DNA of 64,000 nucleotides, taken from contig CAZMBC010000002.1 of NCBI GenBank assembly GCA_964564685.1, positions 71,170-135,169 of the forward strand, written 5' to 3'. This stretch comes from an uncultured Christensenella sp. (GTDB taxonomy: Bacteria; Bacillota; Clostridia; Christensenellales; UBA1242). How positions within the stretch are numbered: position 1 is the stretch's first letter; each line of letters begins with the position of its first letter. The position numbers were made by a program, and so were the translations under genes. Under the pieces are notes generated by a model. The model searched no databases. It worked only from the letters and a program-made list of their open reading frames with translations, and had not been told where the DNA came from. Below, piece by piece: positions 18,966 to 27,587 of the stretch.

Positions 18966-21410
18966 ATGGCTAAAAGTAAAAATGTAAGCAAAGAGGATTT
19001 TTCTTCAACAAAAGTTGTTTCAAAAGCACTTGAACAGGTTATGCAGGAAAGTATGTTGCCATATAGCGAGTTTGTTATTATGGACAGGGCGCTGCCAAGG
19101 GTGGAGGACGGCTTAAAACCTGTTCAGCGTAGAGTGCTTTATAGTATGTTAGAGGTGGGCGTTTTACCAGATAGACCTTTTAGAAAAAGTGCTCGTATTG
19201 TTGGTGACTGTATGGGTAAATATCACCCTCATGGTGACCGCAGCATTTATGATACAATGGTTAGGATGGCACAGGACTTTAATATGGGCGAGGTTTTGGT
19301 AAATGGTCACGGAAACTTTGGCTCTGTGGATGGCGACAGCGCTGCTGCTATGAGGTACACTGAGGCAAAACTTGCACCCATTTCTCTTGAGCTTTTGCGC
19401 GATATTGAAAAAAATACCGTAACATGGAGCTATAACTTTGATGACTCTTGTAAAGAACCGGATATGCTTCCGGGCAGATTCCCTAACTTGCTTGTTAATG
19501 GTGGTTCGGGTATTGCCGTTGGGCTTGCAACGAACATTCCTACTCACAACCTAAAAGAAGCATGTAATTTGGTGGGTGCGTTTATAGACAATCCTAAAAT
19601 GACTGTGGATGAAATGATGCAGATTATGCCTGGTCCCGACTTTCCTACAGGCGGATATCTGCTATCTTCAAGCGAGATTAAACAGGCATACGAAACGGGT
19701 AAAGGCAAACTTATTTTAAGAGCAAAGTTGCATATTGAAAATGGTGATGGCGATAAGAAAAGCATTGTTATTACAGAGATTCCTTATCAGGTTAACAAGG
19801 CAACCTTGCTTCAAAAAATTGCTAAATTAAAAGAAACTGACGATACAGGATTGCTTGCTAGTGTGGGCGATATAGTGGACGAGAGTGACCGTTCAGGTAT
19901 GAGAGCAGTTATTAAACTTAAAAAGGATGCAAAAGTAAACAACATTATTAACTTATTATATAAAAGCACTGATTTGCAAACTTCGTTTAATGTTAATATG
20001 GTTGCAATTGCAGATGGCAAGCCAAAATTGCTTTCTCTTCCTGAAATTTTGCAATATTATGTGAATTATCAGCAAAAAGTTATATATAATCGCACAAAAT
20101 ATGACCTGGAGGTTGCGCTTAAAAAAGAGCATATACTAGAGGGGTTGCTGATAGCAATTCAAAATATTGATGAGGTTGTAAGGATTATTAAAAACAGTAA
20201 AAACACAACCGAAGCGAAAATAACTTTAATTGAGCGCTTTACATTAACAGATGTTCAGGCGCAGGCTATTTTAGATATGCGTTTGGCAAGGCTAACAAAT
20301 TTGGAAGTTGACAAACTTGTTACAGAATTAAACCGCTTAAAGGATTTGATTAAACGCTACACAGAAATATTAAAAAGCCCAAGAATGCAAATGAAATTAG
20401 TTAAAAAAGAAGTTCTAGAAATTTCTAAAAACTATGGTGGCGCAAGAAAAAGCACATTTGTTGATGTTGATGATGACATTCCAGAGCAAGAAATGGTGGA
20501 AAAAGAGGAAGAAAATCCTGAAGTACATCTTGTATATACTCCACTAAACACAATTAAAACTGTAACCGTAAAAAGCTACAACCTATCCAGCAAGGAATTA
20601 AGTGCAAATCCTACTTTGGCCGAAGTTCCTGAAATTTCAGTTAAAACTAACAAAAACAAAATTGTGTATGCATTTACTAACCTTGGAAATAGTATAAAAC
20701 TTGATGTAAGCAAAATCAATCAAGCGCGTCTAAAGGATAAGGGTGCAAATCTTTCGGCATATTGCAAGTCGCTTGAAATGGACGAAAAAGTAGTTAACAT
20801 TTTAGAGTTAAATGAGGAACAAAGTGAAAGCACGCTTGTGTTTGTATCTTCTAGCGGTATGGTTAAAACAACAAAAGTGGGCGAGTACTTTGCAAGCAAG
20901 CAATACATAACCGCGACCAAACTTAAAGATAACGAAAGACTGATTTATGTAGATTTTAATAACGATAAACAAAATTTAGCGCTGTTTACCAAAAATGGCT
21001 ATGCTGTAGTAGTTGAAAAGAAGGATATTGCACCAAGTGGCAGGGTTAGTTTGGGTGTTAAAGGCATTAATTTGGATGCTAATGACGAGGTAGTTTCGGC
21101 AATGCAAGCAAGCAAAACAGATGCTTTTGTTATACTTTACAACAATGGATACGCTAAAACTATTAAATATACAGAAGTACCAGTTATGGCCCGCAACAAA
21201 AAGGGAACAAAGGTGGTTAAAGCTAACGAACAAATTCTGCTTGCAGATGTGTTTAAACCTAATGTACACTATGTGTTTGAAAACAATGCAAAAGGGCTTT
21301 CCTTAGTAAAGAACACTAACGCGCCAGTGGCTACAGCAACTTCTATTGGCAAAAAATTAAGTAAAATTGATAATGTTGTTACAGCATATAAATATGTAAT
21401 AAACGATTAA
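18966..21410 (+). CDS. parC: Type IIA topoisomerase A subunit, most likely ParC
   Basis: DGLKPVQRR, YHPHGD, AAMRYTE (catalytic Tyr); no canonical GyrA box recognised in the CTD. Confidence 0.8.
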   Translation: MAKSKNVSKEDFSSTKVVSKALEQVMQESMLPYSEFVIMDRALPRVEDGLKPVQRRVLYSMLEVGVLPDRPFRKSARIVGDCMGKYHPHGDRSIYDTMVRMAQDFNMGEVLVNGHGNFGSVDGDSAAAMRYTEAKLAPISLELLRDIEKNTVTWSYNFDDSCKEPDMLPGRFPNLLVNGGSGIAVGLATNIPTHNLKEACNLVGAFIDNPKMTVDEMMQIMPGPDFPTGGYLLSSSEIKQAYETGKGKLILRAKLHIENGDGDKKSIVITEIPYQVNKATLLQKIAKLKETDDTGLLASVGDIVDESDRSGMRAVIKLKKDAKVNNIINLLYKSTDLQTSFNVNMVAIADGKPKLLSLPEILQYYVNYQQKVIYNRTKYDLEVALKKEHILEGLLIAIQNIDEVVRIIKNSKNTTEAKITLIERFTLTDVQAQAILDMRLARLTNLEVDKLVTELNRLKDLIKRYTEILKSPRMQMKLVKKEVLEISKNYGGARKSTFVDVDDDIPEQEMVEKEEENPEVHLVYTPLNTIKTVTVKSYNLSSKELSANPTLAEVPEISVKTNKNKIVYAFTNLGNSIKLDVSKINQARLKDKGANLSAYCKSLEMDEKVVNILELNEEQSESTLVFVSSSGMVKTTKVGEYFASKQYITATKLKDNERLIYVDFNNDKQNLALFTKNGYAVVVEKKDIAPSGRVSLGVKGINLDANDEVVSAMQASKTDAFVILYNNGYAKTIKYTEVPVMARNKKGTKVVKANEQILLADVFKPNVHYVFENNAKGLSLVKNTNAPVATATSIGKKLSKIDNVVTAYKYVIND

Positions 21411-21427
21411 CAACTAAATATAAAAAC

Positions 21428-21461
21428 AAATACCCTATTTATCTAAATGGGGTATTTTTTT
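21428..21461 (+). terminator. Rho-independent terminator after parC
   Basis: AAATACCCTATTT-ATCT-AAATGGGGTATTT plus T-run. Confidence 0.75.
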
Positions 21462-21519
21462 GTTGCCTTATAAATATAAATACCATATACAAAGAGTACA
21501 AAATTTTGTTGTTTTATAA

Positions 21520-21526
21520 TTCGACA
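21520..21526 (-). promoter_or_regulatory. Spo0A box candidate upstream of the deacetylase gene
   Basis: TTCGACA is the reverse complement of consensus TGTCGAA; intergenic; a 7-mer can occur by chance. Confidence 0.4.
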
Positions 21527-21610
21527 AAAGGATACTTGTATCGGCAAAAAGATAAATTGGATGGCCTTTGAGGGCTGATTGGATTGATATAAAATAAAGG
21601 AGTAACAAAA

Positions 21611-22378
21611 ATGAAATTTGTTGTGCTTAAAAAAAATGTTGTAAAAATGCTTTTGGCGCTTGCACTTGTGTGCGTGTGCCTTTCGGTAAATTTTGTGGGA
21701 AATTCGCTAGCTGTGGTCTACTTTAACAAAGTGCCACGACTTGTACCCATTTATAATGTTGAAACAGAGGAAAGGCAGGTTGCAATAACCTTTGATTCTG
21801 CATGGGGCGCGGATAAAACGCTGGGCATTTTGGAATTGCTTAAGGAATATAATGTAAACGCGACTTTCTTTTTGGTGGGCTTTTGGGTAGATAAATATCC
21901 AGATATGGTTAAAGCGATTAACGACCAAGGCGTAGAAATTGGCACGCACAGCAACACGCATCCCGACTTTGTTAAGTTAAGTGGCGAGCAAATGCGTTTG
22001 GAACTTACCACCTCTATGGAAAAAATTAAGGCGATAACGGGCAAGGATGTAAAGTTGTTTAGAGCACCATATGGTTCGTATAACAACACCGTGCTAAATA
22101 CTGCCGAGGGCTTGGGGCTAAAAACCATCCAGTGGGATGTGGATACGCTTGATTGGAAAGGATTGAGTGCTAGCGCCATTTTAGATAGAGTGATGAGCAA
22201 GGTTAAAAATGGGTCAATTATCCTATGCCACAATAATTCTGACAATATTATAGACGCGCTTTCTTTAATGCTTAATAGGTTAACAACAGCTGGTTACAAA
22301 ATAACAAGTGTGGGCGATTTGATTATGCAAGATAATTATTACATCGATCACGCGGGTGTTCAAAGAAAAAACAATTGA
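21611..22378 (+). CDS. Polysaccharide deacetylase, PdaB-like sporulation family
   Basis: N-terminal TM; TFD, ATFFLVG, GTHSNTH, LFRAPYG, WDVDTLDW, ILCH. Confidence 0.88.
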   Translation: MKFVVLKKNVVKMLLALALVCVCLSVNFVGNSLAVVYFNKVPRLVPIYNVETEERQVAITFDSAWGADKTLGILELLKEYNVNATFFLVGFWVDKYPDMVKAINDQGVEIGTHSNTHPDFVKLSGEQMRLELTTSMEKIKAITGKDVKLFRAPYGSYNNTVLNTAEGLGLKTIQWDVDTLDWKGLSASAILDRVMSKVKNGSIILCHNNSDNIIDALSLMLNRLTTAGYKITSVGDLIMQDNYYIDHAGVQRKNN

Positions 22379-22394
22379 AAAACGGAGGTTAAAT

Positions 22395-23087
22395 ATGAAT
22401 TTTGAACAGATGAATAACAACAAAGTTACGCTATCGGGAGAGGTGATATCAGAACCAACATTTAGCCATGAAATGTATGGGGAGGGGTTTTACGAGTTTA
22501 ATCTGAAGGTTATGAGACTTTCTAACTCGTTTGACATTATTCCTATTACAGTAAGCGAAAGGCTGATGACTGAGGCAAAACTTGAAGTGGGTAAAAAAAT
22601 AAGTGGAATTGGACAATTTAGAAGCTACAACAAAATGGAAGACAACAAAAGTAGGCTTATGCTAACTATGTTTTTGCGAGAATTTCAACCTTATGAGGAG
22701 GGTGGCGACCATAATCATATTGAAATAACCGGTTATGTGTGCAAAGAACCAATTTACAGAACCACTCCATTTAAACGCGAAATTTGTGACCTACTTTTGG
22801 CGGTTAATAGAAATTACAACAAAAGCGACTATTTACCGTGTATTGCTTGGGGAAGAAATGCGCGTTATGTAAAAACATTTAATGTGGGCGACCGTGTAAA
22901 GGTGTCCGGAAGAGTGCAAAGTAGAGAGTATCAAAAGAAACTGGAAAATGACGAAGTAATTACAAGAATTGCGTTTGAAGTTTCACTTTCAAAGGTTGTA
23001 TTGGATAACAATGATATTGTTATGGCAGAAAAAGTTAAAAGCAGCATGGGGGAAATTGAAAACTATTACTCAAAATCTTCTTCATAA
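22395..23087 (+). CDS. Tandem OB-fold ssDNA-binding protein (SSB/PriB-like)
   Basis: Two OB repeats (NKVTLSGEV..., NHIEITGYV...CIAWGRNA...SGRVQSREY); RBS GGAGG before ATG 22395. Confidence 0.85.
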   Translation: MNFEQMNNNKVTLSGEVISEPTFSHEMYGEGFYEFNLKVMRLSNSFDIIPITVSERLMTEAKLEVGKKISGIGQFRSYNKMEDNKSRLMLTMFLREFQPYEEGGDHNHIEITGYVCKEPIYRTTPFKREICDLLLAVNRNYNKSDYLPCIAWGRNARYVKTFNVGDRVKVSGRVQSREYQKKLENDEVITRIAFEVSLSKVVLDNNDIVMAEKVKSSMGEIENYYSKSSS

Positions 23088-23088
23088 T

Positions 23089-23119
23089 AAAAAAATCCAT
23101 ATAAAATATGGATTTTTTT
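23089..23119. terminator. Bidirectional terminator
   Basis: AAAAAAATCCATAT-AAA-ATATGGATTTTTTT. Confidence 0.8.
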
Positions 23120-25861
23120 TTATTTATTTGAGTTATTCGTTTTGCGATTGCGATTAGATTTGTTTTTTAAACTATCACCGCTCATAAGTTTAGCGTCATC
23201 TTCGTCATTTTGGGGTTGTTTCTTTTTATACGTTATATAGAAAGCAATAACAGCAACTAAAAGTAGAATTGATATGCAGAACATTATAATAGTTACTACA
23301 AAACCACTGGAAAGCCCGTCCATTTTAATATATTGTGTTTTTACATATCCCTCGTGTTGGTTGTGCTCAGAATCTATAAACGAAACAAGAGTATAAGCAT
23401 GATTTTTGTCGTAATCCTTAACATAAATTTTTTGACCATTTTGTAGTGGAATGCGCTCAACATCTTCTGCGTCACTAGCTGTATCGTACATATAAGCAAA
23501 TTCACTATGGTCCAAAATTCTTATAGTGGCATTAGTTTCTAGTTTGCCCGATGAAACAATACTTTTGGTTACATCACCATTATATACATAGCCGTAGCGG
23601 TTACCAAGTTTAACAATATAATAAAAGGAATCTTGTCCCTCTAAACAGCCGTTATAAATGCCTACTGCGGTAAATACTGACCCTATGTCAATAGTATCGG
23701 AAACAATATTACTTGCAATAGTAGGGTATTTGTAAATGCTAACATCTTTGTTGTTTGCGCGTAGTTTATATTCTTGTACTGTATAGCTAGTTGGCTCTAT
23801 AGCTATTTGTGTAGGAGTAACATAACCAATCTCAAGTTTGTTATTCATAATATACCCAATACGCACAAATTCTGTGGCTTGAGTGATGTGCTCTTGTAAA
23901 ACAAGTGCAACAATGTTTGAGTTGCCAGTGTAAACAAAGTCCCCTTTAAAGTTAACTGTACTATAAATAAATGAGTTTTGCGTAATTGTGCCATAAGATA
24001 ATACATTTTCCCAACAGGTTATACTGTTTATAATTTCATATTGGTGTGGAAAATCACTTAAACCCTTACTGAATTGCAAATCAGTTATTGTTTGCAAGCA
24101 ACTTTTTCCGGTGTTAAATGCGTAAATTGTGCCCGTTGCTGGGTTTAGACTAAAGGTGCTGCAAGTGCATTTTGTATCAAGCGTATCAAAGGTTGGGGTA
24201 GATGTTAATGCGCTTTTGATAATGTTGTTGTTTACAAGCGCAAATACATTGTTTGAATAGTCTATTTCAAAAGTATCCACATTTTCAGTAAAGGATAAAC
24301 TAACAATTGAATCAACAACGCCATAGTTACTGGCAGGAGAGTTATCTTCGTTAACTAATAAGCGATATATAGTATTATCAACACTTATATATATCATGTT
24401 GTCTATTTCCGAATATCTAATAACCGAATTAAGATTGGCGGTTGCGCCCGTAATTTCAGTTATAATTGGTTCAGATGTGTACTCGGTGTATACTAATATC
24501 TCGTTTGTAGCATAATTTAGTGCATATAACTTTCCGCTGTTGTCCATGCAAAGGCTGTTAACCTGTTTTGGAACTTCTATGCTGTTAAATAAAGTGTTGT
24601 TGTATAGGCCATTGCTATAACTTAATCCATTTATATTTTGTTTTAAGCCATCCTGACTTTCGCTTAGGTAAATAAGGTTATTATTGTTATCTAGTATCAA
24701 GTTGCTTGGAGTATATACATTGTTTATTGCTGTTATTTGTGTTTCGTTAGCTCTGTTAATTATCTGCAAGCGGTTGTTATTATAATCGCTGACAAAAATA
24801 TACTTATCATTTTTAAGTGCAATAGAGTTTACGCCATCAAATCTACCAACGCTGTTGCCTTTGCCGGCTAGCATAACACTTGAAGCAGATAATCCAATAG
24901 AAGCGTCATCCTCATCTACATATAGCATGGAAGATTGGATGTTATTATGTGTTTGGTTATAGCTGTATACAACATTGTTTGAGCTATCTAAAATTATAGG
25001 ATTTCCATAATCGTTTTTATTTGCTATTTGGTTAAAGCCAGAGTCAAATAAATATAAATTATTGTTATCACATGCAAGGAAATAGTAGGATTGTCCATTA
25101 AATTGCAAGGTATCTAAACTATTTAAATTAAATTCCTCATTCTTTAAAAACTCGCTTGTGGTATGGTTGTTTTCTATTGTATCACCGGTAAAAATGTAGT
25201 TTCTAATAACTTCATCATTACCGTAAGTAAATACATAATCATTGCTAATGGCAATTTGTTGTATGGTGTAATTTATGCTAATACTTTTACTGGTGTAATC
25301 ACTATAGTCAGTAACATCTGTAAATTGAGTTATATAAATAATATTTTCCGTTTGGCCATAAACATTGGATATGCTAGCAACATAATAATTTGTACCGTCA
25401 AAACATATGTCATAGGGTGTATTAATGGTGTTTGTTATACCTGAAACTGAAGAAACATAAAGGTCGTTTACATATACAGGTGTTTCGTTGGTGTTAACTG
25501 CATATATTTTAACCTTAAGCTTTTCATGTACAAGCAAATAGCCGTTTACAAACTTAACCGAATGTACTTCGTTTGAAAAAGTAAGCAAGTGTGTTAGTTG
25601 TTGATTGTTAAAGTTATAACCATACAGTTTGTAATCAGAGGTGTCAGTTAGAACAAAGTACATTTGTGATGTGGTTGCAAAGCAAAAACTCTTCATTCCT
25701 GTAAGGTCAACATAATCCATAATTCCGTCTGGTAAAATTGTTTCATAAACCGCGTTTGAAACCGGCGATTCGTCTTCTGCCATAACAGAGTGGGTGGCAG
25801 GAAATAGTGTTGCAATTGCTAATATAACTAATGTAATTAAACCAAATTTAAACTTTTTCAT
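23120..25861 (-). CDS. Large exported, C-terminally membrane-anchored protein (beta-propeller/NHL-like repeats plus SH3-like domains)
   Basis: Signal peptide; NHL-like GRFDGVNSIAL...IFVSDYNNNRLQI; SH3-like ends GYVYNGDV, EGYVKTQYI; C-terminal TM plus basic tail; RBS before ATG 25861. Confidence 0.75.
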   Translation of the reverse strand: MKKFKFGLITLVILAIATLFPATHSVMAEDESPVSNAVYETILPDGIMDYVDLTGMKSFCFATTSQMYFVLTDTSDYKLYGYNFNNQQLTHLLTFSNEVHSVKFVNGYLLVHEKLKVKIYAVNTNETPVYVNDLYVSSVSGITNTINTPYDICFDGTNYYVASISNVYGQTENIIYITQFTDVTDYSDYTSKSISINYTIQQIAISNDYVFTYGNDEVIRNYIFTGDTIENNHTTSEFLKNEEFNLNSLDTLQFNGQSYYFLACDNNNLYLFDSGFNQIANKNDYGNPIILDSSNNVVYSYNQTHNNIQSSMLYVDEDDASIGLSASSVMLAGKGNSVGRFDGVNSIALKNDKYIFVSDYNNNRLQIINRANETQITAINNVYTPSNLILDNNNNLIYLSESQDGLKQNINGLSYSNGLYNNTLFNSIEVPKQVNSLCMDNSGKLYALNYATNEILVYTEYTSEPIITEITGATANLNSVIRYSEIDNMIYISVDNTIYRLLVNEDNSPASNYGVVDSIVSLSFTENVDTFEIDYSNNVFALVNNNIIKSALTSTPTFDTLDTKCTCSTFSLNPATGTIYAFNTGKSCLQTITDLQFSKGLSDFPHQYEIINSITCWENVLSYGTITQNSFIYSTVNFKGDFVYTGNSNIVALVLQEHITQATEFVRIGYIMNNKLEIGYVTPTQIAIEPTSYTVQEYKLRANNKDVSIYKYPTIASNIVSDTIDIGSVFTAVGIYNGCLEGQDSFYYIVKLGNRYGYVYNGDVTKSIVSSGKLETNATIRILDHSEFAYMYDTASDAEDVERIPLQNGQKIYVKDYDKNHAYTLVSFIDSEHNQHEGYVKTQYIKMDGLSSGFVVTIIMFCISILLLVAVIAFYITYKKKQPQNDEDDAKLMSGDSLKNKSNRNRKTNNSNK

Positions 25862-26073
25862 AATTCCTCTTTTTATCATATGCAATTATTATAGATATAA
25901 TATTTTTATATGTATTATAACAAAATAGTTTATAAAACGGCAACGAATAACCAATTATTTATAAAAATAATTATTGAAAATAAAAGTAAATTTTAAAACT
26001 AGGCATATTTTAAATTTTTTTTAAACAACTTTTAAACTATGACAGACAGTTGTCAAAATAAGTGATATATAAT

Positions 26074-26087
26074 CGAACAAACGTTCT
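26074..26087. promoter_or_regulatory. LexA (DinR/Cheo) SOS box
   Basis: CGAAC-AAAC-GTTCT is a perfect GAAC-N4-GTTC, directly after TATAAT at 26068-26073. Confidence 0.7.
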
Positions 26088-26155
26088 AAAAAATTAGAAC
26101 AAAAACATATTTTGTACAAAAATAATATTTTTTTACAAAAATTTGGCATAAGCCT

Positions 26156-26184
26156 TTGACTTTTAATATTTACAAAAATATAAT
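26156..26184 (+). promoter_or_regulatory. Near-consensus sigma-A promoter for the activator-like gene
   Basis: TTGACT-N17-TATAAT; RBS AGGAGG before ATG 26213. Confidence 0.7.
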
Positions 26185-26212
26185 AGGGTAAAAGTAGCAT
26201 TTAGGAGGGAAA

Positions 26213-26764
26213 ATGGAAATACTATGTAAAACAATTTTATCGGTGTATAAATATCTTGGGGCGATATCGGGGGCGATAGATAATTTGGTTATTAAAAAGA
26301 GTGTAAACTCTTCGTTTTATAACAATGGAAGGTTTAGTAGTGCATATGACTGTGCAAACGAGATTATGGAATTAACTGACCGCAAAGTTAACTTAATTAA
26401 CCTAAAGGTATTAACCGAGGATTGCTTAATGGAGCTTCAGCCATTGGAGCGTAAGGTGCTTTCGCTTTTATTTTTGGATAATGTAAAGCGCGAAAGTATA
26501 TGTGAGGTGCTGGAAATTTCTACGCGCACATTTTTTAGAAAAAGAAACGAAGGGATTGTTGCTTTTGAAAAATCTTTGTGTAGGCGGGGATATAACAAAG
26601 AAAAAATATTAGCCATGTTCGAAAAAGAAAAATGGCTAATTAATTTATACAAAAAAAATGGCGGAGTTATAGGACAAAATAGCCCGCTGTTCTATTCAAA
26701 TAGCAACGATTTTAGATTTATTAATAATATCATGAAAGGCTATGTTATGGCAAATGCAAACTAA
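26213..26764 (+). CDS. RinA/ArpU/Xpf-like transcriptional activator (sigma region-4-type HTH)
   Basis: LQPLERKVLSLLFLDNVKRESICEVLEISTRTFFRKRNEG resembles the C-terminal HTH of phage late activators; position ahead of packaging genes. Confidence 0.6.
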   Translation: MEILCKTILSVYKYLGAISGAIDNLVIKKSVNSSFYNNGRFSSAYDCANEIMELTDRKVNLINLKVLTEDCLMELQPLERKVLSLLFLDNVKRESICEVLEISTRTFFRKRNEGIVAFEKSLCRRGYNKEKILAMFEKEKWLINLYKKNGGVIGQNSPLFYSNSNDFRFINNIMKGYVMANAN

Positions 26765-27513
26765 AGTCGTTCGTCAATTTCGGTTATATCATATTTTTGT
26801 GATTGTTTTATAGTTTTTTTGGGTTTTGGTTTACGATAAAGTAAAAATATTATCACAAAAGTAGGCAAGCTTAAAATTACAATTGTTAGCGCAGTTTCAC
26901 CATCACTTAATGGGTTGATTATAGAGTCGTAATCGTCACTTGTGTAGGATAGTTGTTCTGCATTTGGGAATATAGTGTTTATAAATGAAATGTATTCATT
27001 ATAAATGTAGCCTTTTGTGCCTAAATATTCCACATAGTACCATATGTTGTCATCAAAGTCGCCAATTTGTTCGCCGTATGTCATGCCAATAAAGGTAAGA
27101 CCGCTATAATTGCTGGGCACAATCGAAATAGTATTGTTTTCCTTTGTTGGCGTTTCGCGCAGATAGCAATTTTTGTTATATGTGGTAAGCTTTATATTGT
27201 TTGGGTAAGGTGTTTCTGGAGCTCCATTCACTTTTTTAACCTTATCTTTTTCAATATATCCGCTTGTTCCATTATAATTTACTTTATACAAGCTTTCGTT
27301 ATATGATGAAAGGATTTCTACATAATATGTGTTTTCAGCAACGCATATTATGTTTTTTATAGCCTGATTAACCTCAGGTGTGCGATATAAGTATGCCCCC
27401 TTAAAGGTAACCTGTGCCCATGTGCCATCTTTTGCAAAGGCTACTGATATTGGATTAGTACATATGGATAGGTAAATCACAAAACAAACTATACCATAAA
27501 CAAATTTTTTCAT
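26761..27513 (-). CDS. Exported two-SH3-like-domain protein with C-terminal TM anchor
   Basis: Signal peptide; LYKVNYNGTSGYIEK and WYYVEYLGTKGYIY SH3b-like motifs; TM followed by RKPKPKK. Confidence 0.75.
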   Translation of the reverse strand: MKKFVYGIVCFVIYLSICTNPISVAFAKDGTWAQVTFKGAYLYRTPEVNQAIKNIICVAENTYYVEILSSYNESLYKVNYNGTSGYIEKDKVKKVNGAPETPYPNNIKLTTYNKNCYLRETPTKENNTISIVPSNYSGLTFIGMTYGEQIGDFDDNIWYYVEYLGTKGYIYNEYISFINTIFPNAEQLSYTSDDYDSIINPLSDGETALTIVILSLPTFVIIFLLYRKPKPKKTIKQSQKYDITEIDERL

Positions 27514-27587
27514 ACTTTAATTATAAATTAAAAGTTAAAATTTATAACGTAAAAAATGTGTCTTATATTGCTTAAAAAAGGAGGGTT

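Noticed and set aside
17003-21410. Annotation as DNA gyrase gyrB/gyrA
   Set aside because: The GVGAS motif, absence of a recognisable GyrA box and lack of dnaA/recF context favour topoisomerase IV; phylogeny would be needed to settle it.
21468-21491. Sigma-E promoter upstream of the pdaB-like gene
   Set aside because: A CATATACA -10-like element is present, but the only -35-like element is spaced 9 bp away, too short for the consensus.
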